From the NCBI GenBank assembly GCA_965240325.2, contig OZ251239.1:682001-746000 (forward strand): DNA of 64,000 nt. The letters run 5' to 3'. Shown here piece by piece: positions 22,801 through 35,116 of this stretch. This DNA is from Rebecca billardiae RCC1528 (lineage: Eukaryota; Protista; Haptophyta). Within the stretch, counting starts at the first letter, position 1; every line of letters starts with the position of its first letter. The notes below the pieces were generated by a model. It did no database searches. It saw nothing but the letters and a program-made list of their open reading frames with translations, and had not been told where the DNA came from. A program made the translations under genes and the position numbers.

Positions 22801-25800
22801 CCGTGCCCACAGCGGCGACGCGGCGGCGCCGGCGGCGGCGCCGTCGCCGCCGCGAGGCACAACGCTGGGGGCGCGCGGATGCCGCGAGCGCTCGCGCTCG
22901 TCGGGGTCGGAGGTGCCGCCCAGGCCGAGGGCGTCGTCGTCGTCGTCGTCGTCGGCCGCGGGCGCCGCCGAGCGCCCGTCGAGAAGGCCGTGCACCAGCC
23001 GCGCCTCGGCGCTCGCGCGCGCGGTGTGGCGCGGAGCCAGGCCTGGCGGCGCAAGCCGCAGCGTTGCGCGCGCCGTGCTCGCCGCCCGCTCCGCGCGGCA
23101 CGCTTCGTCGGCCGGGCCGGTGAGAAGTGCGCCGGCTGCCGCGCCCGCTGCGCCGCGCTCGGCGTGTGTCGTGCGCGCACGCCCCGCCGCGTCTGCCACG
23201 GCCGCCTCCGCCGCCGCCTCCTCCGCCTCTGCGGAGTCCGAGGGCGGAGGCGGCGGCTGCAGCAGCGGCAGTGTGCGCACCAGGACTGCGAACGCGCGGC
23301 CCGCCGCCAGCCTGACTGCAGGGCTGGGATCCGCGAGGCGGCGGATCGCTGGGCGCAGCAGCAGCGGCGCGTACTGCGCGCACTCGGCCACGAACGAGGG
23401 CTGCGCCGCGCCGCCGCCGCCCTCGGCGCCGTCTAGCAGCCCGCGCACGAGTAGCAGCACGCGCGCCGGCTCGGCAGCCTCCGCACCTTCGGCGGCGCCG
23501 CCGTCGCACGCCGGCCCATCGCCGCCGGCGTCCGTCGCGCCCTCCAGCGCATCGAGAGCGGCGCTGACGCACGCGCCGAGCGCGGCGCCGCGCACCGCGC
23601 GCGCGAGCGCGAGCACGGCGCAGTGCGCCGCGTCGGCCACGGCGTTGGTGGCGTCCGCTGCCGACTCGTCGAGCCCGCCACGACGCTGCCCCGCGCCGCC
23701 CGCCGGCGGCTGCGGCGCAGCTGGGTTAGGGTTAGGGTTAGGGTTAGGGTTAGGGTACAGCGCGACTCGAAGCGCGCCGTGCAGGAACTCTGCACACGCG
23801 CGCGCCGCCGCGTTCGGCGCAAAGTGTGGCGCCGCCGCCTCGAGCGCGCGCAGAGCGGAGGCGGCGCGCTCGGCGTCGGCGCCGCCGCCGCGCGGCGCGA
23901 GCAGCGCCCACAGCTCGGGCAGCGCCTCGGGCAGGTCGGCGCCAAATCGCATGGCGGCGTGCTCGAGCAGCGCGCGCGCGCCGTGCCGCGCGCGCGCCCG
24001 CGCGCCCCTCGCCTCCTCCTCCGCCGAGCCCGCGGCCGCGGCGGCGGCGGCGGCGGCGGCCATCCCGACATCGGGCCCGAGGACGGCGCGCGCCTCGCGC
24101 TGTGTTGGCCGCCGGCCGCCACCGCCGCCGCTGCCGTGGGCCTGCCGCGAGCTCGGCGCGAGGGCGCGCGCGGAGCCGCGCGCGCCCTCCGGGGCTGGCG
24201 CCGCCGCCTCCGCGCCGCCGCCGCCGAGGCCGCCGCCGCCGCCGCCACCGTTGCCACTCCGGCCCCCCTCGCCGCCGCCGCCGCTCCGGCCGCCCTCGCC
24301 GAGCGGCAGCAGCGCGTGCGCGAACACCTTGGCGCCGAGCCCGCGCCGGCGCGCGCGCAGTACGCACGTGACAAGCGCGCGCGCGCACGCCGCCTGCGCG
24401 CCGGGTGAGTCTGAGCAGTGAAGGCCTGCGGTCAGGCCGTTGAGTAAGGGCGAGAGTCGATGTGGAAGCGTGGGCGCGCACGCGACGAGGGCGCTCGCCG
24501 CCGCGCCGCGCACGCACGCCGCGTGCGCGCCGTGCGCGCCGATGAAGGCGGCACATGCCGCGCGCAGCCGCGCATGCGCGAGACGCAGCGCCGCGCCGCC
24601 GCCGCTGCTGCTACCGCCGCCATCGCCGCCGCGCTGCTCGCCGCCCGCCGCCGCCGCCGGCGCGTCGGCGAGCGCCAGGGCGGACGCGCGCGCGAGCACG
24701 CGCACGCACCACGCCTCAGCCTCACCACCCGCCGCGGCGCCCGACGACGCCACAGCCAAACCGCCCGGCCGCGGCGCGGTGGACTCGCCTGCCACGCCGC
24801 GCGCGCGCGTCCGCGCGTCCGCGGCGCCGGTTGTGCCGCCGCGCGCGGCCGTGGCGGCGGCGGCTTCATCGAACGCCGCCAGGGCCGCCTCGAGTGCGCG
24901 CGCGTGCGCGGCGCCCTCCGCCCACACGCGCGCGCGCGCGAGCGCGGGCGCGCCGCGCGCGCCGCCAACGCCGTTCGACACGGCGGCGGAGGGCGCGCCG
25001 CCACCCTCCGCACCGCCACTCTGTCCGTCGGTCGCAATCTCGGCGCCGCCGAGATCGGCGGTCGACATCTCGGCGCCGCCGAGATCGGCGGTCGACATCT
25101 CGGCGCCGCCGAGATCGGCCGCGGTGGCAATCTCGGCGCCGCCGAGATCGGCGGTCGCAATCTCGGCGCCGAGATCGGCGGCGGCTTCGAACGTGTCGCC
25201 GAGCGCGGCGCGCAGCGCGTCGAGGGCGCGCGGCTCACACTTGCCGAGCGCACCTGCAGTCGCACTCGCGCCGTCGTCGCCACCACCATCGGCGGCGGCG
25301 GCGGGGGCCGGCGCGCCGACTAGAGCCGCCGCCGCCGAGCCGGCGCCGCCGCCGCGCGCCTCGCCCAAGTGCGCGCACACGGCGCACGCCAGCTCGGCCA
25401 CGGCGGCGCGCTCGTCGCGCGCGGCCGCGCCGAGCGCGGCGGCGACGGCCCCACCGAGTGGCGCGGCGGCGCGCGCGGTTCCGGCGGCGCGCGCCGACGC
25501 GCCAAGGGCCGCGCGCACCAGCTCAGCAATGGCTTCCGATGCGTGCGAGCGCGTGTCAGCGTGCGCGGCGGCGGCCGCGCGGCCCGGCCCGGCGAGCGGC
25601 GCATGCGCGCACAGCGGCGCGCGCAGCGGCTGGCCTGCGAGCACCGCGCACGCCGGGAGCCACGAGCTCAGCGAGTCGAGGGCGGCGCGCTCAAGCACGT
25701 TGCGCGCGGCGCAGCCGACGGCGGCGCCGCCGCTAGCTGGCTCGGGTGCGGCGGCCGCGGCGGCCGCGTCGGCAGCGTCGGCCGCGGCGCACTCGGCGAG

Positions 25801-28179
25801 TGCGCGCACGCACGCGAGCCACGCGCCGCGCGCCGCCGCGCACGCCTCCGCCTCCGCCTCGGTCACGACGCGCGCAAGCAGCACGGGCAGCGTGAGCTCG
25901 ATCTCCCGCGCAATCTCGATCTCGGTCGCGATCTCGTCGGCGCGGCCGGCGCCGCGCGCCGCGCCGCCGCGCGGCGCGGCGCCGAGCGCGCCCCCGCCGT
26001 CCCCGCCGCTGGCGCTCAGCGGCGGCGGCGCGGCGGCGTGCCCGGGGCTTCCACCGGGCGCGGCGCCGTCGGCACACGCGCACGCGCTGGCGCCGGCGCC
26101 GGCGGCGCGGCGCCGTGCGTGACCGCTCGTCAGAGCACGCAGCGTGCGCGCGGCGCCCCGGCGCACCGCAGGCTGTGCGTGGCCGAGCATGCCGCGCAGC
26201 GCGCGCAGCGCCTCGCTGGAGGCGCACGGCTGCGCGCGCGCGCCGCGCGGCGGGGCGTCGGGCGCGCCGCCCGTCGCCTCCTCCTCCCACCCCTCGCCGC
26301 CACCTTCGCCGCCCTCGCCGCCCAGCCGCCCAGCCGTGGCCGCCGCACGCGCCGCCGCCGCCACTTCGCGCGCCGCCTCCGCAGCCTCGCGCGCGGGGCA
26401 GTGCGCTCGCTCGAGCAGAAACAAAAGCGCCGGCCCCTGGACGCTCAGCTCGTCGCACCGCGCGAGCGCGGCCCACGCGCGGTCGAGCGCGGCGCGCACC
26501 GCCTCGTGCGCGCCCGCGCCGCACGCCGCCGCGCCCGTGCGCCACGCGCCGACACTCGACAGGGCTGCGAGCGCATCCGCCGCGGCGGCGGCGACGTCGT
26601 CGTCGGCGTCGGCGAGGGCGGCGCCGAGCGCGCGCAGCGCGCTCTCGAGGAGCGACGGCGGCGGTTGGGCGTCCGCCGCGGGGCGCGCGGCGTGTGCTGC
26701 GCGGGGCGCGGCGCGGCCGAGCTCAGCGCCGTGCTCCGCGAGCACGAAGCGAAGCGCGATCGCCGCGTGCAGCCGCGCGTGCCACCGACCGGCCGCGTGC
26801 GCGGCGCGCGCCTCGCGCGGCGCATCGGCCGCGCGCGCACCGCCGGGCTGGGCGTCGGCGGCCTGCGGCGTGGGCGCCGCGGGGACGGGGGCGCAGCCCG
26901 CGCCGTCGTCGCGCGCGGTCGGCCGCGCGGCCGCGCCCAGCACGCCGACGAGCGCGCGCACCACGCGCGCCAGTAGCTGCGACCCGCCCGCCGCGACCGC
27001 AGCCGTAAGTGCCTGAGCCGCGGCACTCGCGACAGGCGGGAGCGCTCGCGTCTGCTGAAAGTCTGAGAAGCGGTCGAGGGCGAGGAGGCAGAGGAGGCGC
27101 GCGGCGACGTCCTCCGCCCACGCGTACAGCTCCGCGGCGCCACCCGCGCCCACGCCCTCGCCACCACGCGCCGCCGCCGCCGCGCCTCGGCAGATTTCGC
27201 GCAGCCCGACGGCGCAGCCGTGCCGCGTACGCCACCGCTCGGAAAGCAGCCCGACACGGAGCTGCGCGCTCACGCGGTCGAGGAGGGCCCAGCCGCGCGC
27301 GTGCGCCGCGGGCAGCTCGGACGCGTCGGACGCCTCCTCGCCCGCGCCCGCCGCGCTCGTCGCCGCCGCCGACGCCGCCGACGCCGACGCGGGCTCAGCA
27401 ACGGCGCGCGCGCCGGCCGCGCCCGCCGCTGTGCGCGCGCGCTTGGGCGGTGGCGCGGACGCTTCGCCCGCGTCGCCGCGCGCCGCGCCGCCGTTCGAGC
27501 CGGGGGCGCGGCCGGCCTTGCGGAGCAGCCGGTTGCGCTCGCGCGCCGACAGCGTGGGCGGCAGCGGCAGCGCCGCCGCGCCGCCAGCCGCGCCGCTACC
27601 CGCGTCGGCGCCGGCGGGAGCTGCGGCGGCGGCCGGCGCCGCGCCGCCGCCGCCCGCGCTCGGCACGTCGGCCGCGGTGACAATCGTGCTCGCGAGGTGG
27701 TCCAGCTCGGCGCTCGCGCCGCCGAGCTGCTCCTGCCCGAGCCGGCGGACCAGCTGCCTCCGCGTGCGCTCGAGCAGCTGCTGCGCCGTCACGCCCGGCT
27801 CAAGCGCGAGGTCAAACTCAGAGCCGGCGCTCGTGAGCAGCGGCTGCGCGCGGCACACGAGCGCGGGGATGTCGAGCGCGTCGAGGGCGAGGAGCGCGGT
27901 GTGCGCGGGCGCGACGTGCGCCGCGGGCGCCGGCTCGCCCTCGGCGCGCGCGGCCTCGAGCTCGAGCGCGCCGAACGCGCCGAGCGCATGCGCCGCCGCC
28001 GTGCGCGTCTCCCACTCGTCGGCGCTGAGGCGCTCGAGCACGCGCTCGAGCAGCGCGTGGCGATCGCCGCCGGCGAGCGCGACGACGCGGCCGAGCTGCT
28101 CGGCCGCCGCGCGCCGCGACGCGCGCGGCCCCGACTGCAGCAGGCCGAGCAGCCGGTCCAGCCGCGTCGACTCCGCCAT
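19868..28179 (-). CDS. BTAF1: TBP-associated SNF2-family ATPase Mot1/BTAF1 (3 exons, about 2590 aa)
   Basis: N-terminus STRLDRLLGLLQSG..ASRRAAAEQLG; motifs LHGILADDMGLGKT, ILDEAH, LTGTPIQN, RLDGSVP, TTAVGGLGLSLTGAD, QAMDRAHRLGQ. Inferred GT-AG introns 20769-21075 and 20258-20492 restore the frame (LEEQ|MMGLQAFK). Confidence 0.92.
23723..23755. repeat. Interstitial telomere-type repeat (GGGTTA)5GGG inside the Mot1 ORF
   Basis: Directly visible; encodes PNPNPNPNPNP on the minus strand. Confidence 0.92.
25029..25180. repeat. About 30-bp near-palindromic minisatellite (5 units) inside the Mot1 ORF
   Basis: The unit contains ATCTCGGC-GCC-GCCGAGAT and encodes ADLGGAE(I/M)(A/S)T repeats. Confidence 0.88.
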
Positions 28180-28226
28180 GCTGGGCGGAGTCAGCGATTA
28201 TTTATTGTTTTATTGGAGCCAGTCAT

Positions 28227-28343
28227 ACAGTTTACTAAGAATAAGAGACGCACACAGCTCAGGCAGGCGAGATTGACGCCCGCCAACTGTCACACACAGT
28301 TTACTAAGAATAAGAGACGCACACAGCTCAGGCAGGCGAGATT
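28227..28343. repeat. Perfect 48-bp direct repeat with 21-bp spacer upstream of Mot1
   Basis: ACAGTTTACTAAGAATAAGAGACGCACACAGCTCAGGCAGGCGAGATT at 28227-28274 and 28296-28343. Confidence 0.9.
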
Positions 28344-28507
28344 ACCAGTTGAGCGCGGAATTTTCAGTTGCTGAGCCGCATAATTTTGAGCGGTTGCACT
28401 CAGCGTGCGTAGGGTCGCTGGGTCGCTGAGTGCAACCCTACGCACGCTCGCCGTCAGGCGGCTGCCCAGCGGCCTGATGCTGGCGATGCACCGCGCTCCG
28501 CGCAGCG

Positions 28508-31500
28508 TCACGCCTCCGCCTCGTCGCACGCCGGCTCGCCGGGCGGCTCGCACTCGGCCGCGCCACGCGCGCGGAAGGCGAACGGCGCGAGCGTGGCGGC
28601 GAGCGCCGCCGAGCCGACCGCCGCCTCGCGCCGCACCGCCGCCGCCGCGCTCCTCCCGGTCGCCGCCCTCGCCGCCGGCTGCTCCGCACCCGTCTCCGTC
28701 GCGTTCAGCACGCCGCCCACCGACGGCGCGTGCGCGAGCGCCGCGAGCGCCTCGTGGCACGCGAGGAACGGCCGCAGGCTCGCGTCGAACAGGCGCAAGC
28801 TGTGCCGGCTCGGCCGCTTCGAGTTGAGCCGGTAGCGCAGGCGGCCACTGCCGATGGCGACCGGCTTGCCCTCCGCCCCTCGCCAGTGCAGCACCGCCGC
28901 GCTCGCCGGCGGTGCTGCCCCAGCCGCCTGCTCCGCGCCGGCGGCGCCGCCATGCTGAATCGCCGGCACGTTGAACGTTCCGGGCAGCGGCGCGGCGCAC
29001 GCTCCATACAGCAGCTGCAGCATGGAGTCCGCGCGCGGCACGAGCGCGCCCGCGGCCTCGACGGCGGCGCTCGCGTTGAGCACGGCGCCGAGCGCGCGGC
29101 TGCTCGGGCGCAGGAGCAGCACACCCGGCACGCACCGCTCCGCGCCGCCGACGCCGCCGCCGCCCGCGTCGGCGGCGGCCGTGCGCACGCACGCCACGGC
29201 GGGCGCGCGCGCGCGCGCGCGCGCCTCGTCTCCGCGCGCGGCCGAGCGCGCGGCTGCGACGGCGACCGCGTCCGCCGCCGCGCGGCGCAGCAGCGGCGCC
29301 GCGTCTCGCGTGAGCAGCGCGTCCGCGTGCGTCAGCACCACCGCGTCGAACGCCGTGAGCCCGAACGCGCCCAGCGCGTGGAAGGAGGGGAGCCAGCGAG
29401 AAACGCGCTCCGAGCGCGCGGCCTCTCGCGCGAGCGTCGCGTGCGCGCGCGACGGGTGCGGCACGCACGAGCTGACGAGCTCGACGCGGACGGTGGGGAA
29501 CTTGGCGGCGACGCATGCGCCGAGCGCGCGCGCCGAGCGCTCCAGGGGGCCCTGCGCCCCGCCACCCGCCGCCGGCCGCGCGCCCGCCGCCGCCGCCGCC
29601 GCCGCTGACGCCGCCGACGCCGACGCCGCGCCGCGGCCCTCGCAGATGAGCAGCACGATGGCGGCGGAGGCGCGGCGCGGCGCGCCGGCGGGAGGCACGG
29701 GCACGGCCTCGCTGCCGCCCTCGCCCAGCCCCGCCGCCACGATGGCGGCCGCCGCGCCGTGCGCCCACGCCGACACCAGCGGCAAATAGGCCACGGAGGC
29801 AAGCACGGTTGCGACCGCGACGCGCGGCGGCCGAGCGGCGCGCGCGGCGCGCTCGGCGGCGCAGCGCGCCGCGGCGGGCGCGGGCGTCGGCGGCGCGCCG
29901 CCCGCGTGCGCGCTCGGCTCGGCCGCGGGCGTCGCGCCCGCCGCCGCGCCGCCGTCCTTTCGACGCGGCGCGGGCGAGGGCGGGCTGCGCGCCGCGGACG
30001 CCGCCGGCGGCGCGGGCGGCACGCTGCACCAGTGAAAACCGTCGCCATCGTCGGGCGGCGCCCAGCGCACCACGCCCATGCAGCGCAGCGCGTGCATCCA
30101 CAGCACCACCTTTACCGTGTTCACCTGGCGGGCGGGCGGGGCCGTCACGGGGGCGAGAGGGCGCGAGCGAGGGCCGTTGGGTGCACACACGCGCCAGCCG
30201 CGCACGCCGCCGCGCACGCCGCCGCGCACGCCGCCGCGCACGCCGCTGCGCACGCCGCTGCGCACGCCGCAAAAGCACACGGCGGCACACGGCACGCGGC
30301 ACTCGGCGCACGGCCCCGCCTCGCACCTGCACGCGCTCCAGGAAGCGCGTGGCCGAGTGGTAGTGCGTGTACTTGGTGCCCAGCTCGCACGGCGACGAGA
30401 AGCCGTACAGCGAGACCTGGTCGCACATGCTCAGCGCAAACCAGACGCCCAGCGCTCCCGTGAGCCCTCCGGAGCCAAAGTGCGCGTAGAAAGTCCGGAA
30501 GACCTCCGGATCGATCAGGTGGCGCTTGGTGTGCCCGTACTTGGCCGCGCCCGTCATCGCCTCGTCGAACCGCTTCTCGGTCGCGCACACCTGAGCGCGG
30601 GGGAGCGCGGGAGAGAGAGACGGCGGCGGCACGCGCGCGTGGGCGTGCGCGCGCGTGTTTGTGTGCGTGTGTGCGCGTGGGTGTGTGTGCGCGTGCGCGT
30701 GCGTGTGTGCGCGTGTGCGTGGGCAGAGGCCCGGCACGCTTGCGGCGTGGGCGAACGTACAGGCGCGGGAGGCGCGCGCGCAGCCGTGCGCGACGACGCC
30801 GCGACGGGCGGGGGCGGCGGGGGCGGGGGCGGCACCCAGCCTTTGTGGCAGGCTCGCGCGCGCGCGCCCACCTGCAACACACGCGCCGCGGGCTCGGGCG
30901 AGGGCTGGCCCGCGTAGAGGCTGTTGAGGAAGCGGAAGGTGGTCACGTTCCCCGCCGTGCGCGAGTACGCGCCGCCCGACGGGTGGTCGTTGAACCGCAG
31001 CACCGCGTCGTGAGCATCAATCTCAGCGCCGTTCGAAGCCTTGCCGAGCGAGGGTGCGCCGCCCACGACAGCGCAGCGCGGGTAGCGGCGCCACGCGTCC
31101 CTCGCCGCGGCGAAGCCGAGCTGCGCGGCCTTGGACGCGCCTCGCTGGTGCGCCACGACCATCCGGTGCAGCTCGCCGCCGCGCGCGCGGCCGTCGTGCT
31201 TGAGAAAGGCTTCGTGCCAAGCCTTCTCGTCCGGCGCCGTCCCGTCCCAGAACAGGTGCGACTTGGCGCGCAGCGCGTCGAGGTGCGCCTTGGCGGCGCA
31301 CATGTCAATCGTCGCGTCCGGGTGCGCCGTCCCCTGGATCCCGCGCGTGACCGCGTACTTGGTGTTCACGCGCACGCGCGCCTTGCACTCGTCGCCACCC
31401 AGCACTTCGAACGCGAACACTTTCTTCGGCCCGCCCGGTCCGGGCTTCTCGTAGATGCGCAGCTGCGCGGAGTCGAGGAAGATGCGGCGGGAGCTATTCA

Positions 31501-31582
31501 GGCACGCCGGCAGCGAGCCCGGCGGGAACTCGGCCGCCGCCGCGGCGGCGAGCGTCGCGAGCAGCGCGGGCCGCAAGGGCAT
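28508..31582 (-). CDS. GT29 sialyltransferase-like protein fused to a C-terminal GT8-like domain (3 exons, about 863 aa)
   Basis: Signal-peptide-like start; sialylmotif L (RCAVVGG..SL...NGAEIDAHDAVLRFN...G..TTFR), motif S (TG...ALSMCDQVSLYGF) and HYH. Inferred introns 30591-30871 and 30125-30326. Exon 3 has GT8-like FDAVVLTHADAL, PGVLLLRPS, LPGTFN, VLHWRG..GKP. Confidence 0.8.
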
Positions 31583-31717
31583 GCTGCGCGCCGGGCGGGA
31601 TGGCGGTCCGTTGAATGAACCGCCCAGGAGTGGGGCAGCCGGACCTGGGCGCAGGCCGAGCCCGGCGACTCGCCGCGAGCACGCTCTCCCCCGTCAGTCG
31701 TCATCACGTCCAGCGCC

Positions 31718-34476
31718 ATGGCCGCGTCGTCGCTCCTGCGCTGCGCCGCGCTGGCGACCTCGTCGATCTCGACGCCCGCGCTGTACCGCGGCGCCTCCGC
31801 CGTCGGCCGCCGGTACGACAACGCGCGGCTCACGCCCGTCCCTGGCCGCGACGGCGAGCTCGAGCTGCAGCTCGACTTTTCCGAGGTCGAGCTGGACGGA
31901 TTCAAATCGAGCGCGCACCGCCGGCTGTACCGCGTGCGCGCGCGCGAGGGCGCGTGCGAGCCCGCGTGCGCGCACGACGTGCCGCTCGACCCGTCGATCC
32001 GCGTCGCCGTCGCCTCGCCCGACGGCCGCCGCCTGCTGCGCGTGCGCAAGGGCGGCGACGGCGCGGGCGCGGCCGGCGCGCCGCCCGCCGCAGACACGCT
32101 CGAGATATGGGAGGGCGGCGCGTGCGTGCGCCGCGCGAAGCTGGCGGGCAAGGCGGGCGCGGTGTACGCCGACGGCGTCTTCGGCGAGCCCTGCTTCTCC
32201 GCCGACGGCACCCGCGTCGCGCTGCTCGCCGAGCACCCGGTGCCGGCGTCGTTCAAATCCTTCTTTGCAAAACCGGACGAGCCGGCGGCGGCGACGGCGA
32301 AGGCGGCGAAGGCGGCGAAGGAGGGCGCGGCGGAGGACAAGTTCCGCCCGCGCCGCGACTTTGGCGAGCGGCTCGTCGGCAAGGTGCGCCCGGCGCTCAT
32401 CGTGCTCGACGTCGAGAGCGGTGCGCTGTGCGCGCTGAGCGCGGCCGAGCTTGGGCTGCCCGACGCGGGCGTTCACCCAGCGCACGTGCGCTTCGACGCG
32501 GGGGGCGACGGGGTGCTCTTCTGCGCGTACGACGTGCGCGGCTTCAAGCAAGGCCTCTCCGCCTGCCTCAACAGGCCGACCGCGCTGTGGCACGCGCGCG
32601 GGCTCGGCGCGTGCCTCGAGGCCGCGCGCGCCGACGCGGCCGGCTCGCCCGCGGCCGCGAGCGCAGACGCGGACGCGGACGGCGGAGCAGAGGGTGCGGG
32701 CGCGGCCGCGCCGGCGCTTGAGTCGCGGCTGCTCACGCCGGGCTCGTTCCTCGCGCTCGGCCCCAAGCCGAGCGCCGACGGCCGCGCGCTGTACTGCGTG
32801 CACCACCCTGAGCGATTTGAAATGCACAGCACGTGCTTCGAGCTGGCAGCGCTGAGCCTGCCAGTGCCGGGGCGGCCGGGCGCGCCGCGGGCGGTGCTCC
32901 CGCTCGTGCGCGCGCGCCCGGCGGACGCGCGCGCGTTCGCCGGGCTGTACGGCTTCCACGACGACATGCTCAAGTTCGAGGTGATGCGAGCGCAGCCCGC
33001 CGCGGGCTCGGCGGCTGGCGGCGCGCCGCCGCCCGCCGCCGCCGGCTCGGCCGCGGACGTAACCGACGTAACCGACGTGCTGTGCGTGCAGACGATCGTG
33101 GGCGCCGAGGCGGCGGTGTTCATCGCGCGCGCCACGCCGCGCGCGGGAGAGGAGTGCACGCCGACGCGGCTGTGGCCCGCGGGCGTGGAGCGCCGGGGCT
33201 CCGTGTCCCTGCTCGCGGCGCACAGCAGCGGTGTGGCCGTCGTGCGGCACTCGGCGCTCGACGTGCCGCCCTCCGTGCACGTGGTCACCGGGCTGGGCTG
33301 CGCGGACAGCTCGGAGCACCGCTGGGCGCTCGTGAGCAACGGGGAGCAGGAGGCGCGCGCCGCGACCAGGCTCGACCCCGAGGCCTCTGCGGCGGTCGGT
33401 GCGATTTGCGACGCGCTGCGAGCGGCGCGCGTCAGCACCGTGCGCCTCCCGTCAACCGGCGCAGAGGCGACGCTGCTGCTGCCCGGAGCGGCCGCGGCAG
33501 AGGGCCCCCAGGGAGAAGCAGAGGGGGGCGAAGGGCCGAGCTCGGCCCGTGCGCCCCTGGTCGTGCACCTGCACGGCGGTGCGCGCGCTCGCGCCCTGCC
33601 TCGCTCGCCCGCGCGCGTGTGCGCGCGCCGCCCGCCGCCGGCGAGGGCGAGCGCGCTCACGCCACCCGTCCGCGCGATTATTCGCGCCCCCCCCCCGCTC
33701 TCGCGACTTTGTCCTCCCGCCGTGGCGCGCTCCACGCCGCGCCGCGCGCCCACGCAGGCCCGCACTCCGCCGCCCTCGACGCGTACGAGCCCAAGATCGC
33801 CATGCTGCTCGCGCGCGGCGTCGCGGCGCTCCTTCCCAACTACCGGGGCTCGCTCGGTTTCGGCGCAGAGTTTGTCGAGGCACTGCCCGGGCGTGTCGGC
33901 CGCGCGGACGTGGACGACTGCGCCGAGCTGACCGCGGCGGCGCTGCGCGAGCACGCGCGCGCGCTCGAGCCCAGCGCGGTGGGCGCGTTCGGCGGCTCGC
34001 ACGGCGGCTTCCTCGGCGCGTGGCTCGCGGGCCACGCGCGCCACCGCGCGCTCTTCTCGTGCGTCAGCCTGTGGAACCCCGTCACCAACCTCGTCTCGAT
34101 GCTCGGCGGCACCGAGATTCCGGAGTGGTGCCTGTGCGAGGGGCTCGGGCGCAAGTGGGCGGGCGGCGGCGCGGGCGGCGCGTGGCCGCTGAGCGGCGAG
34201 GACGTCGCCGCGCTCCACGCCGCCTCGCCGATGAGCGTGATCGGAAGCGTGCAGTGCGAGGCGCAGCTCGTGCTCGGCGGCTCGGACAAGCGCGTCCCGC
34301 CCACGCAGGGCCGCGAGTGGTGCGCGGCGCTCGAGGCGCGCGGCCACGCGGTCCAGCTGCACGAGTACCCGGACGACGGCCACTCGCTCGCCGGGCCGGA
34401 GGCGACTGCGCACGTGAGCGTTTCGATCGTGCGCTGGCTTGCAGAGCAGCTGGCGGGCGGATCGGGGGCCGCCTAG
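31718..34476 (+). CDS. APEH: Acylamino-acid-releasing enzyme (peptidase S9C), 2 exons
   Basis: LHGG|PHS split by intron 33579-33757; PNYRGSLGFG, GGSHGG (Ser), DKRVP (Asp), GHSL (His); N-terminal propeller with VYADGVFG and DFGERL. Confidence 0.88.
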
Positions 34477-34632
34477 GAACGGGCTGGCGCGGGGCGCTGA
34501 GCTCCCAGCAGTAGCGTATGATACCGGTACGCGCGCATTGTCCGAGGGCCGGCAGGGCCGCGGTCTAGTCGTGACGATATGCATGTTACCATGTATACTA
34601 CGTGTGCGGTCTCCGCGTGTAATGTCAGTGAC

Positions 34633-35116
34633 TAGTGGGGTCAGAGCTCCGACCGTTACACTCCCGAGTGACACTACAATCTCCGTCCCGAAATCTCGAA
34701 ATATATGATGATTCAATATCTCCTCGGTTTGTATAACTCAAACTGTTGTCTGTTTGAGTCCGTTTCAGTTCGTTATTTATTAGGCTTAATTCCAGGGTGC
34801 TGTAGATCCGCCTGTGCCAATTTCAGACTATGCCGCCAAAATGTGATCTAGCAGACGGTGCGATTCTGGTGCAAATAGCGAGATCACCTTGGAGATCGTG
34901 TATCTCCCCTACTAATGCTACCGAGATCGCGTCGAGATTGAGGTCGCGTATATCTCCAGTATATGCTGTGCCATTTTTTCGCAAAACTTGTCAGCGTGAC
35001 CCCAGCTCATTTCAGGCGAATATTGACATCCCGAAGTTTGAGAGCCTCGATCATCTCAAGACGACAGGAAGTTGGATTTTGGGCCACGCACCCCCAGTGG
35101 GGCTCTGACCCCTCTA
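34633..35116. mobile_element. hAT-like MITE, 484 bp
   Basis: 18-bp TIR TAGTGGGGTCAGAGCTCC versus TAGAGGGGTCAGAGCCCC (2 mismatches). TGTAATGT occurs at 35117-24 and at 34618-25, the latter 7 bp off the left TIR. Confidence 0.75.
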
